A DNA stretch of 64,000 nt from positions 56,544,001 to 56,608,000 of the forward strand of contig OZ024745.1 in the NCBI GenBank assembly GCA_964016885.1, read 5' to 3'. The position numbers and the translations under genes are program-made. Shown here in pieces: positions 48,650 through 60,775 of the stretch; within the stretch, counting starts at the first letter, position 1, and each line of letters starts with the position of its first letter. Below the pieces are notes generated by a model, which was not told where the DNA came from, ran no database searches, and saw only the letters and a program-made list of their open reading frames with translations. This DNA comes from Eledone cirrhosa. Taxonomy: Eukaryota.

Positions 48650-48855
48650 AACACGTCAAACAACACACATAGTTACGTAGGTAACATATTAAAAATGAAC
48701 GAGAACATCGAATATAGATACCTTGCAATAATGATTAATCAAGGTATCTATATTCGAGTTTCTCGTTAATTTATATTATGTTACCTCCGTAACTATGTGT
48801 GTTTCCATTCTTTACAAATTATCCCCTATAATATTTGATGTGTTTATTTTATATA
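48641..48855. repeat. Small fold-back element
   Basis: acacatagttacg..tagataccttg versus caaggtatcta..cgtaactatgtgt (~60-bp arms). Confidence 0.7.
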
Positions 48856-49779
48856 TATAGATATATATGTCAATCAATTTTTAATTTAATACTATATATA
48901 TATATATATATATAAAATCAAGGAAAATTAAATAAAGAAAAAATGTTAAAAATAAATTTCAAAAACTTCACTGTACCTACGATATGTGACTTTACCGCGG
49001 TTTAAAATCCCCAAAACAAATAGATAATCCAAGCGGGTTTCCCTTGAGAAAGAGATCCTCGTCAGCAGGCTTTTCTCTCTCGGTGAATATAAGATTCCCG
49101 TGTTCAAAATACAAACTGGCGCCATACAAAACTGCCCCAAGAAATGAATGATGAAACAATTTTGTCTAGTACCGTGTGCAAAGACTGAAAGCAAGGTGCA
49201 CAGGTCAATCTCTCGCTACTAAAAATAGCAGCCGTTCAAATGACCAATATATATATATATATTGTTATTCTTGGAGAGTGTAATATTGTAGTAATACTAT
49301 TGCCAGAAATAATAACAGACTCAGTTTGGTTGGTTTTCTTTTTCGCTTCTGCATCTTTTATATCTCCATAATTAATTTATTTGGCCATCAATGTTTATCA
49401 CTGACTAAACAACGGTTAAATATACAGATATAAATATAAATATAAATTCAACGAGAATCGTATTTCGGCGGGTAGAATTAAGCGAAACGCAATTTCCGAG
49501 TTATGCTGGCAAGCGCTCCATGGACCAAAAGAGAGGAGACCAATAAACATAGGTTATAAAGGCCATACAATCTGCGACGGCAGTTAAGAAGCTATCAACC
49601 ATCTAAGCCCCCAAAACGAAGCAAGCTAAACGGGTCAAACAAAATAAAATAAATATATATATATATAGTCTAACAAAGTCCTTTCGTTGCACATCTGCAA
49701 CATCATCATTTGTTTCGACACACGATTTCATATAAAAAATGTCGCAAGACAAATTCATCGCCGTTATATATATATATAT

Positions 49780-50410
49780 AGGTATATGATTTTTAATGCA
49801 ATGAAATATCTATGATCGTAGGGAAATCACTGATGAGGGACTCATTTTATAACATGTTATCCATGTGCAACCTGCAGTATTCTTCTCCCCATTTTTTCAC
49901 ATATATTTACCTAAACTGCGATTCTGTTTTTCTCTCTCTCTCTCTTACTGCTCCCTCGTTCTCTCTGTTTCTCCTACTTTCTTTCGCCCCCTCTGTCATG
50001 TCAGTTAACTCTTCCTCCCACTTCCACTCACTCACTCACTGTTTCTCCCCTTCTCACTTCACCCCGTTCGCGACGAATACATTTTGCTTCTTTCTTACAT
50101 TTGGATTCATCTCGAAAGGTCTTTTTTTCTAAGCGCTCATATATTCCCCTAGCTTATGCTAACAGAATAACTATGTAGCTTGTTCCCTTCCTCTCTACGG
50201 TTAGCTTTACTCTTTGTTGTTTACTTGTCTCACTCGCTTTACGCGTTTTAATTGTCCTAATAACTTAATTTAGTTATTATTGCACCGACGTGAGGTATAT
50301 GATTTTTAATGCAATGAAATATCTATGATCGTCGGCAAATCACTGATGAGGGACTCATTTTATAACATGTTATCCATGTGCAACCTGCAGTATTCTTCTC
50401 CCCATTTTTT

Positions 50411-50412
<2 letters not shown>
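49780..50412 (+). repeat. Element with ~120-bp direct terminal repeats (period 513 bp)
   Basis: 49780-49900 repeats at 50293-50412; inverted relatives at about 24140-24610 and 25700-25840. Confidence 0.7.
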
Positions 50413-50451
<39 letters not shown>

Positions 50452-50554
50452 TTTGAATATAGTAGATTGAAACCGTACCCCCAATCTCTACATACATAAA
50501 TCATGCATATATACACCACTACTACCCACACGGCCACCCACAGGACAACAAAAA

Positions 50555-50853
<299 letters not shown>

Positions 50854-50959
50854 AGAAGTAACACAACAGTTAGTTCACCATACCGAGAACAATTACCTTC
50901 CAGTGTTCTACCTCTCTCTCACTCTTTCTTTCTTTTTCTCTCTCTCTCTCTCTCTCTCT

Positions 50960-51060
<101 letters not shown>

Positions 51061-51247
51061 ATATTAAAGATACTATTTATAGCTATGTATATACTATACT
51101 ATAGACAACTATAAACAGGGAAGGTCAGTAATTTATTACTACCTTATTACCAGTAAGATAAATAGTTCGATGTAAGAATATCAGTTGTTTTACAGAGCAG
51201 TAATATTGAATACACAAGAATCAAAGCTATGTATAAAACATTTAATC

Positions 51248-51292
51248 GCTGACAATTGTTTCTTCCAAACCTAGGCTTGGGGTCTTCGGAGC
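51248..51292 (-). ncRNA. HHR variant (U4 to C)
   Basis: gcu-CCGAAGA-(ccaagc/guuugg)-GAAAC-aauu-GUC-agc; palindromic acaauugu. Confidence 0.6.
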
Positions 51293-51575
51293 ATTATTAA
51301 TGTCTGTACACACAATTGACCTCCTATTCAACTGAGGAATCATACAGATACATATATATTGACAACAGTTTCATGTTTACAGTGTGGAATGGATGCGACA
51401 TATATTATATTATACTATAATTGTACAATAATTCAAATTAAAATCAAAATTAAATTTAAATTTAAAAGCATTGGGTGGAATACATGGGACAATTAATACA
51501 AGAGAATAGTCTGATAACTAAATTAAATATATATATTAAATAAAATAAATATGTATATATATATATATATATTAG

Positions 51576-52188
51576 ATAGAAATGGCTTCTACAAGACTAG
51601 AACTGTTTCATTCGAAGGAAATCATCAGGAAAGCCGAGTGTCAATATGTCATGGTGGTATTCTTACATTTTCTGGTGGTAGGGAAAGGTGGTGATTGGCA
51701 TGGGTGGTCTTCCTTGTCTCGTGGATTTAAAGAATGGGGATTCTTTGAAAAAAACTATACATAGAGAAAAAATATATATGTATATATACATATGTGTGTG
51801 TGTGTGTTTGTGTGTGTATGTATGTATGTGTGTGTATGTGTTTGTGTGAGTGTGATTGTAAACACCTGACCATTTTGCAGGCTTTAATACAGTATGTTAA
51901 TGCACCAAACTGAATGAAAACTCTTTGATGAGAATATATGAACCTTGAAAATGAGGACTGACTGCAATTTTATCATTCTGTATCACTATGTATTTTTCTC
52001 CAAGTATAGTTTTCTCAAAGAATCCCCATTCTTTTAAAACCATTAGCCAATGACCTCCACCCATCCCAATCACCACCTCCCCCTACCACCATAAAATGTA
52101 TAAATACCACCATAACACATTGTCAATCGACTTTCCTGATGATTTCCTTCGAATGAAACAGTTCTAGTCCTGTAGAAGCCAATTCTAT
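51576..52188. mobile_element. Inverted-arm element (~190-bp arms) with outward-facing HHRs at 51584-51635 (-) and 52129-52180 (+)
   Basis: ctttc-CTGATGA-tttccttcgaat-GAAACag(ttctagtc)ct-GTA-gaagcc on the right arm and its mirror on the left. Confidence 0.75.
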
Positions 52189-52257
52189 ATAAAATATTTA
52201 TACGCTGCTATGTATTGTGTACCATACCTAGTGTGGTTACCCCCGATTGAACGCGGG

Positions 52258-52480
<223 letters not shown>

Positions 52481-52489
52481 CGTGTGTGC

Positions 52490-52915
52490 TTCAAAAGTTT
52501 CACCAAAAAACGGCTGTTGGAAAAAAATGTTTTAAGTTACGATATTTAGTATGGCATATTCATATAGTACTCAATTGTATTCGTCCTTTAGTTCATTCCA
52601 GTCTTCATGTAATTCCTCGCCCATGCTATGTGTTGTCTCTCCTATGTACGTCGTTGTCATGTTTCTACAGGCACCCTCTGTACATCTTATGTTAGAGAAT
52701 ACGTTTCTACAATTTATTTGTGGACTTACTCTACATACTATACATTTTTTATTTGTACAAAGTGTTTTCTTAAAAGGATAATTTTTACTGATCGGGGACT
52801 TTTTCGTAGTTCCTGGCTTTTCTAGCACTTTAATATTTAAATATAATTTTCTTTGGCCCTTTCTAAATCTACTAGCTAGTTCACCTCCATTTGGTTTTGA
52901 TTTAATATACAAAAT
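52490..52915 (-). mobile_element. Decayed PLE linker/GIY-YIG fragment
   Basis: CTNKKCIVC..NCRN..IRC..C..TYIGETTHSMGE. Confidence 0.6.
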
Positions 52916-53601
52916 GTGAAACATAATTACACATGTGGTGAAATACCTGTGAGACGAGTCAACAAGACAGATGATAATTGTTCAATGCATTTCTCTGAAA
53001 GCAATACAGCATTCAAAATAGGATGTATTATAACCAATTTTATATATATATATATAAATAATAATAATAATATATATATATATATATACGCGCGCACACA
53101 CGTGCGCAAACACGCACACACACACACATAAAGGGAATTCAATATTTGCTTACACAATCCATGATTTAAAAAAAACTAATGTTTGTAAAGATTTATTTTA
53201 AGTATTCTTTTAAGATCATCCACACAATTGCAAATATAAAGGATCTAATATAATTTACAAGTGCATTAATAGCAGGAGAAATACTTTGATTATTTCTCCT
53301 GCGTTGCATTAATTTTATTGTTTTCGACTAGTGCTTATTTTCCAAATTCTCCACATTATGTAATATCTTTTAATTCCAGCACTCATCATATCAAAATCTA
53401 AATATGTATTAAAACTCGCGAACAATATTGCACCAGAGAAAATCTAGTTAAAGATTTATTCATAAGTGTATTGTATTTAATCAATTTAAATGTGTTTAGA
53501 TGTAATGAAAACAGGACTGAAAGGGATTAACAATACAACTTTTATATTTAATCATACATTTTGAATTCTCCTGATATTCATAAGAACACGATTCTTATTC
53601 C

Positions 53602-53642
<41 letters not shown>

Positions 53643-53659
53643 TAATAATAATAATAATG

Positions 53660-56600
53660 TTTTCTTTATTAACCACAAGGGTTCACATAAAGTAGACATT
53701 AAGGACAGTACAGGACAATACAGGACGGTACAAATGGGCATTTCTGCGTGTAAAAAAAACAGAGGTTGAAATAAAATAACAAAGAAAAATTCCCCAATAG
53801 GGGGGAGACTTCCAAGGGACATTTGTGGAGAAAGCCCATTAAAAGACCACAGTGGCCCTGACCACCAGGGCAAGTGCCCTCTCCCAGTTTTCCACCTTTA
53901 ATTTACAGACACATACTCAGAGAAGGCCCATTCATTCGGGCCATACTTGCTTCTCTCACCCATCTTTCAACAAAATGCTGGGAAGAGAGCACTTCCCTCT
54001 CTACCCTGATTTTCCTTTTCAAATGAAATTTGAAAAAGTTAATCAGGGCATCACCGAAGAGGTAAGTACTCGTCTTCAGCCCTTTCAAACGTGTCCACCA
54101 TACTATCTCTTTCGCCATGGCCACCAGACAGATAAAAACTGCCTGCCCTTCCCAGCTAAAGGAAGGGGGCGGGGCAATCCTCACGATGGACTCAGCTGAT
54201 AGCTGGATCCGTCCTACACGTGACAGCAGGTGTTCGACATAAACCCACAAGTCAGCAATGCTCGGACACTGGACGAGTGCGTGCAGGACGGTTTCGTCGC
54301 CCTGCGCGCATCTCGGACATGCCCAGCTGACGGCACCTCCATGCCTGTAGAGTTTAACCCGAACTGGCAAAGCTCCTCGGTAGCACTGCCAGGCCAGGGA
54401 TTTCTGGAAGTTGTCCATAGGCCCCGGCCCGAAAGTCCTTCCGAAGAGATTGGCTAGTTGAATTTCGTCGACGCCTAGAGTTTCTCCAAGTACGTCGTCG
54501 CTCTTCCCCTCCACTAATCCCCTATAGAACGCCAAGGTGGAGTTTCCACCGATCACATTGCCCGATTGGTCGAGGGCTGTGAGCGCCTGAAGACATTCCA
54601 GTCTCCAAGCGCTCCCTCTCGGTCTTCGCTTGACCCAGGACTGCAGCTCCGTCAAGGAGACGAGCTGGGGAAAAACGTGTCTAGCAAACGGCGACCACAC
54701 CTGATCACCGTCGAGGAAGAGGTGGAGATGTCGTAGCCTGAGCGCGTGTCTGCGCATCATCAGCCACGGCATGCCCAGCCCTCCACGTAGCGGGTGTTGA
54801 CAGCAGATGGACCGCCTGACCATCGGAGCGCGTCCCTTCCACAAGAAGCGAAAGAGCAAACGCTCCAGCGCAGTCAGGCGGGGCTTAGGACAAGGTACGA
54901 CGGTCAGGCGGTAGTAGATGACGGACGCGATGTACGCGTTAGCCACCTCCGCTCGACCTTTCAGGGATAGCTTCCTCTCGGCCCATTTCTGGGTGAGAGA
55001 AGCTACCCTGCTCGTCACCTCGTCCCAGTTTGTGTCCGTCTGGAGGTCTGGACCGAACCAGACCCCTAGCAATTTAACCGGTCCGTCCGTCCAGCGCCCG
55101 ACGACGCTGTTGGATGGCATGGACCTGCCTCTCCAGGTGCCGAGCTGCAGGCCCACTGACTTTTCCTGGTTGATCATTGCTCCTGTCACCGCTTCGTATT
55201 CTCTTAGTGTAGTGCCGATCGCCTCGATGTGTTTGGCGTTCGAGACCACTACGGTGACATCGTCGGCATATGCTGACACGGATCTTCCGCATCCTAGTTC
55301 GCGCGGGACCCCCTTCAACGTCTCCAGTTTGTGCAGTAATGGCTCGAGAGTCAATACGTACAATAGGGACGAGAGGGGACATCATTGGCGGACCGAGCAG
55401 CATGATGTTGACCGGTTCCGAAAGGTGACCGTTCACTCTCACTACAGAGCAGATGTCGCTGTGCATGGCAGCTATCCAGCCTCTGAAGACAGGTCCAAAG
55501 CCAGCCGCCCTCAGGACTGCCGCTAGGTAACGATGGTCGACCCTATCGAAGGCTTTCGACTGATCTAAATTGATCAAAGACCCACCCGTTCCAGGTTCCC
55601 TAGTTACCCTCTCTACGATGTATCGCATGAGGTGGAGGTTGTCGTGGATGGATCTGTCGGGAATGTCGCATGTCTGTGCCTCTCCCACCAGACCACCAAC
55701 GACAAGCGCCAACCTCTTTGCTAGCACCTTGGCCAAAATCTTGAACTCTGTGTTTAGCAGAGTTATGGGCCGGAAATTATCTATGTTATCCCTCTTGTTC
55801 GGATCCTTTCTCAGCAGCGCCACCGCTCCTCGGCTCACAGAGCTGGGAATTCTCCCGTTCTGTTGCCAGTTGCAGTAGACGTCCGCCAAGAGGCCTCCGA
55901 ACAAGTCTGGCATTTGTACGTAAAGTTCATAGGGCAGACCATCCACACCAGGCGATTTACCCCTTGTGCAACTAGTCATTGCATCCCGTACTTCAGCGGT
56001 TGTTATCGGTTTTTCGCAACACTCCGCCTCAGTGGCCGAAAGCCGCGGCAGTCCGTCGAGGTAGACACTAAAGTCAATCCCCCGATCCGGTCCGCCACTG
56101 CCCCCGAACAGTTGAGCGAAGTGTCGCTGAAAAGCTTCACACATTTGCCCGGGATCGAGTAGCATGCGCCCGTGGTGGTCCACCAAAGACCGGATCGTGG
56201 CTTTGTTGCCACGACGCGCCTCCGCCACTCGGGCCCATTGAACGGCTTTCGTCCCCTCGTGTCTGAGAGCACGCACCCTAGCTCTGACGACGCAGCCTTC
56301 GTGCTTTGCATTGAAGAATTGGTCAAGGGCCAATTTCGCCGCAAGTACGTCGGTCGCGATGCCTTTGCTAAGCGCCTCATCTAATTTTCTAACTAATTCT
56401 CCCTCTGCTCTATTTTTCTCTATTGCTAAAGTCTTACTAAACCTAATGAACTCTATTCTAATTGCTCTTTTCAGAGCAAACCACCAATTGTTGTTGACGA
56501 TGGCGCCCGTCAACGCCCGCTTAACTAGTTCTCTAATCCGGTCTCTGTAGGCCTTGCGCGCTGGTAAGGACGCGTTTAGCTTCCAGTAGCCGGGTCCTCG

Positions 56601-57750
56601 TCTATGAAGCCTATCTAAGTCAAGCACACAGATCACGAATGTGTGGTCCGTGTAGCTGACTATCTTGAATTGTGGACAGCCTATGCTAGACCTATCTATT
56701 TCCCTACAAAATACTCTATCTAGATATGATCTGGATGACCCTATGCGATTTGTCCAAGTCCACATTGGTACATTCGGGAAATCCATTCGGTACCTGTCAG
56801 ACAGTTCAAAACGTCTGAGCAGGTTGGTGAGACTCTTGCACCCTCCTTCCCTATCCACTAATCCCACACAATCCCAGCGTGCATCCACTAACACTAAAGA
56901 GCGGGACGTTCCAAGAAAGGTCTCTAGACGCCGGAAGAAATCAGGCCGCCCTGCTCCTGTCGGGGCATAGACGGCCACTAACCTGAAAGCTTGCCCGTCT
57001 CCGCTGGTCACGTCCAGCACCACCAACTTACCTTCTGGGTCCAGGAAGATGGCCCGTATGGCAAGATCCAAACTTCTCCGAAAAAGCACAGCAACTCTTC
57101 CCCCCGATCCCGGACGGCTGGGAGATGCGTACACATCGTAGCCGCCGAAGATCGGTGCGAAAGCCTGTGCTTCGGAGATTCTGGTCTCGCTGATGGCCAC
57201 TACATCTATGTTTAGTGACCTGAGGTCGTTGAGCAGGTGGCCCTGCTTCCATGACGACCCCAAGCCACGCGCATTTATGCTGCCTATTCTGAGTGAGGTC
57301 ATGTTGAAAAGGAGTGGAAAAGATGGGAAAGACCACTTACCTCACTTCTCGTAGGGGAAGGACGGTTTTTCGATCCTTTTCACTGCTTGTGGCCTCCTCA
57401 GGAAGGATGTCCTTATAAATCCTCCTGGAGAGTGCTTGTCGGAAGTCTCCGATGTCTTTGGGGATTTCTTTTTTTAGTGTCATGTACGTTTTCTGTGTGA
57501 TGCGAGTGATTTGTATGTGTGGAGGTGCTGTGAATTTTGGGGTTGTTGTGTAGTCTTTTTCTGTGATGCTGGTGTTGTGTTGGATGTAGTGTAATAATTG
57601 CTTGTTGTTCAAATTTAATGCTGTGTAGTGTGTATCGTTTTGGTTGTTTTGTTTTGTTTGCGTTTGTTGTGGGTTTGTTTCTGTTTCGCATTTTGGTGAC
57701 TTTTGTGGTGTAGGTGATGGTGGTGTTGGGGTTAATGATGGTGATCGTGT
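53660..57750 (-). mobile_element. Tx1-clade non-LTR retrotransposon: ORF1 3' part, ORF2 and 3' UTR
   Basis: ORF2 domains as below; AATAAA at 53670-53665 followed by an (ATT)n tail (53602-53658). Confidence 0.9.
53903..57302 (-). pseudogene. Tx1 ORF2 (APE endonuclease, RT, zf-RVT) with one frameshift near 55400
   Basis: SINARGL..ISETR, VYAPT, LDRVF, TDH, WKLN, KSPGVDGL, FRPITLLN, DQSKAFDRVDH, AYADD and CPRC..ETVLHALVQC; the QGCPLSP motif is disrupted at the frameshift. Confidence 0.9.
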
Positions 57751-57904
57751 TGGTGTTTGGATGCTTGTCGGAAATTCTGGTTTCGCTGACTGGAGTCATA
57801 TCCATATTTAGTGGTCTGAGGTCGTTCAGCAGGCGTCAGCAGGACGAAACCAGGCAACGAATATTCAAGCATCCTACTCTTTTGATGGCCATGTTGGCAG
57901 GATA

Positions 57905-59340
57905 GAAGATAACCTGAAACTCTTGCGATATATCATAAAGAGGGTAGGGTGTAAAACTGGCTTCGGTGCGGCTCCTATTAATTTAGCTGAAACGAAAGAG
58001 AATAGGTTCCACCATCAATACTCGAAGGCTGTCCTGAAGGCAGTTGGTTTCGTTACCGTCTTCAGAGGTTGGATTGCTGCAATGGACAATGGCATATTTT
58101 CATTGATCAAAGTTAATGGCTATTTTTCGGAACCGTTTCAGGTCTCCCGGTCGGGCCATCAGTTGTGTTCTCTCTCTTCCATTCTGTACGTGTTGACTCT
58201 CGAGCCATTACTGCGAAAGCTGGAGCAATTGTAGGAATTCCACTGGAAACGGGACGGCACCTACTTGGAGGAATATGAAAGGTTGACTAAACCCGGAAAA
58301 GCCGATTGACTTGCAGCGCTGTACATGGAGAGGCAAGTCCATGCTGCCCAACAGCGTCGTCGGTCGCTGAACAGATGGACCAGTAAAGTTGCTCGGGGTT
58401 TATTTCGGACCAGGCTTCCAGGTGGATAACAATTGAGACACGGTTACGATCAAGGGGCCACTCTCACACAGAAATTGGCCGAGAGGAAGCTGTTTCAGAA
58501 AGTTCGGGTGGTGGTAGCGAAAGCGTATATCGCGTCCGTTATCTACTATTGCCTGGCCTTCCTGCTTTGCCCCCGTTCTGGCCTCGCGACACTGGAGTGG
58601 CTCCTCTTCAATCTCTTGTGGAGGAGACAGGTTCCGTTAGTGAGGTGGTCAATCTGCGGTCAGCACCCTGGATACACGGCGTACTGGGTATGCCATGGCC
58701 AATGATGCGCAAACATGCGCTGCGGCTGCAGTATCTCCAGATATTCTGCCTAAACGATACACAGGTGTGGTCACCGTTTGTGAAACATGCCTTTCCGCAG
58801 CTCATCTATTTGACTGGGTGCCTGGCATCTGGAATGATGTAAGCCGCTCACTGCCCTCTACCAGTTCGACAATGCGGTAAGTGGAACTTTCCATCTCGAG
58901 TTCTCTAGAGGATTGTGCTGGGAAAGTTCGACAACGCACTCAGAGAGGCTCTGAGCATCGATGAAGTTGAATTGACCAGTCTGTTCCGGAGAATTATAGA
59001 GTGGGGGACAACGGATAACTTCCTGAAATCCCTTCGTTGGCAGTGTTGCCGCGGGTCACTACCATTTAAAGATAAACTCTATAGGCGCGAACGGGCTGTC
59101 ACATGGACCTGTCTATGATGCGCGATGAGCGATGAAAGAGTTCTGCGCACACTCCTCCAGTGTACGTGCATTACTCACCTGTGAAGCTATGTCGAACAGC
59201 GGTTGTCGCCAGTAAGAAGGTTCCTGCTGTCGACCGAGTCCATAGTGAATATCGCCCCTCTGCCTGGTGGTGGTAGCGAAAGAGTTTGTGTGGTGGACCA
59301 GGTCGAGAGGACTGAAGTCACGCTTTTTCAAGTTTCATTT
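57905..59340 (+). mobile_element. Older decayed Tx1 ORF2 fragment (RT C-terminal region)
   Basis: LYVLTLEPLLRKLE, AYIASVIYY and LGMPWPMMRKHALRL in broken frames. Confidence 0.8.
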
Positions 59341-59394
59341 GTTATATTTTCTTGTTAATGTTATTATCTTTATATTGTTTACTCGATTTTTTTG

Positions 59395-60775
59395 TGTAAA
59401 AAAACCTGCAGTCCCCGTCACCATCACCACCACAAGCACCACCGCCAACAACAACCACACCTCCACCATCATCACCAAAAACACCAACAATGCAAACAAA
59501 ACAAAACACACACACCAAACAAAAACAAGAAGAAAACAGCAACAAAATCCCCCCTCCCCCCAAAAAAGTACGCAGCCATAAACATGACAAATAAAGAACT
59601 CATACAATATATAAAGCAGTACACAGAAATCACAGAAAAAAACTACTACACCCAACCAACACCAAGAATTCTACCGACAAACATAAGCATCATTGATATC
59701 AAAATAGAACAGTACAAACATTTAAAACAAAAATTCCCCAACGTAGTTGGAGACTTCAGAGGGTCAGTTACCAAGAGGATATACACTGACATCCTCTTGG
59801 AAACCCCCATGACCAGTCAAAGAGACGGTTCTACTGTCCCTTCACCACACCACGATCAAGGTAAGTGACCCTGTCTCACTTGCCCCGTTACTCATCCAAC
59901 ATGGCCGTACTTAGAATAGGCAGTATAAATGCACGTGGCCTAAGGTCATCTTGGAAGCAGGGTCATCTGCTCAATGACCTCAGGTCACTAAACATAGATG
60001 TGGTGGCCATCAGCGAGACCAGAATCTCCGAAGCACGAGCCTCGCACCGATCTTCGGCGGCTACGATGTATACGCATCTCCCAGCCATCCAGGATCGGGG
60101 GGAGGGGTTGCCCTCCTTTTTTCGGAGAGGCTTGGATCTTGCCATACGGGCCATCTTCCTGGACTCAGAAGGTAAGTCGGTCGTGCTGGACGTGATCGGC
60201 AGCGAAGGCAATGCCTTCAGGCTAGTAGCCGTCTACGCCCCAACTGGGGCAGGACGGCCAGATTTCTTCAGACGTCTAGAGACCTTTCTTGGAACGTCCC
60301 GCTCTTTAGTGTTAGTGGGCGACTGGAACGGTATCTTGGATGCACGCTGGGATTGTGTGGGGCTAGTGGATAGGGGAGGAGGGTGCAAGAGCCTCACCAA
60401 CTGCTCAGACGTTTTGAACTGTCTGACAGGTATCGACTTTATCACCCGAATGTGCCAATGTGGACATGGACAAACCCCATCGGGTCATCCAGATCCTATC
60501 TCGATAGGGTATTCTGCAGAGAACTAGATAATGCTAGTATAAGTTGTCCACAATTTAAAATAGTCGACTACACAGACCACAATTTTGTGATCTGTGAGAT
60601 CGACATAGACAGACTTCATAGACAAGGACCCGGTTACTGGAAGCTGAACGCGTCTTTCCCGGCGCGTAAAGCCTACAGAGCCCGGATTATCGTATTAGTT
60701 AAGTGGGCGCTGACGGGTTCGGTCGTGAACAATAGGTGGTGGTTCGCCCTGAAAAGGGCAATTAGAGTAGAGTCC
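59395..60775 (+). mobile_element. Tx1 copy: ORF1 end plus ORF2 endonuclease, 3'-interrupted
   Basis: MAVLRIGSINARGL at 59901; homology to the - strand copy stops after ALKRAIRVE. Confidence 0.85.

Noticed and set aside
49669-49712. Intact HHR on the - strand
   Set aside because: It reads AUGAUGA-stem-GAAA with C3 lost next to a junction; only a fragment.
49800-49850. Permuted (type II) hammerhead from GAAA..CTGATGA
   Set aside because: Helices II and III do not pair, and the UH site is not conserved in the related copies.
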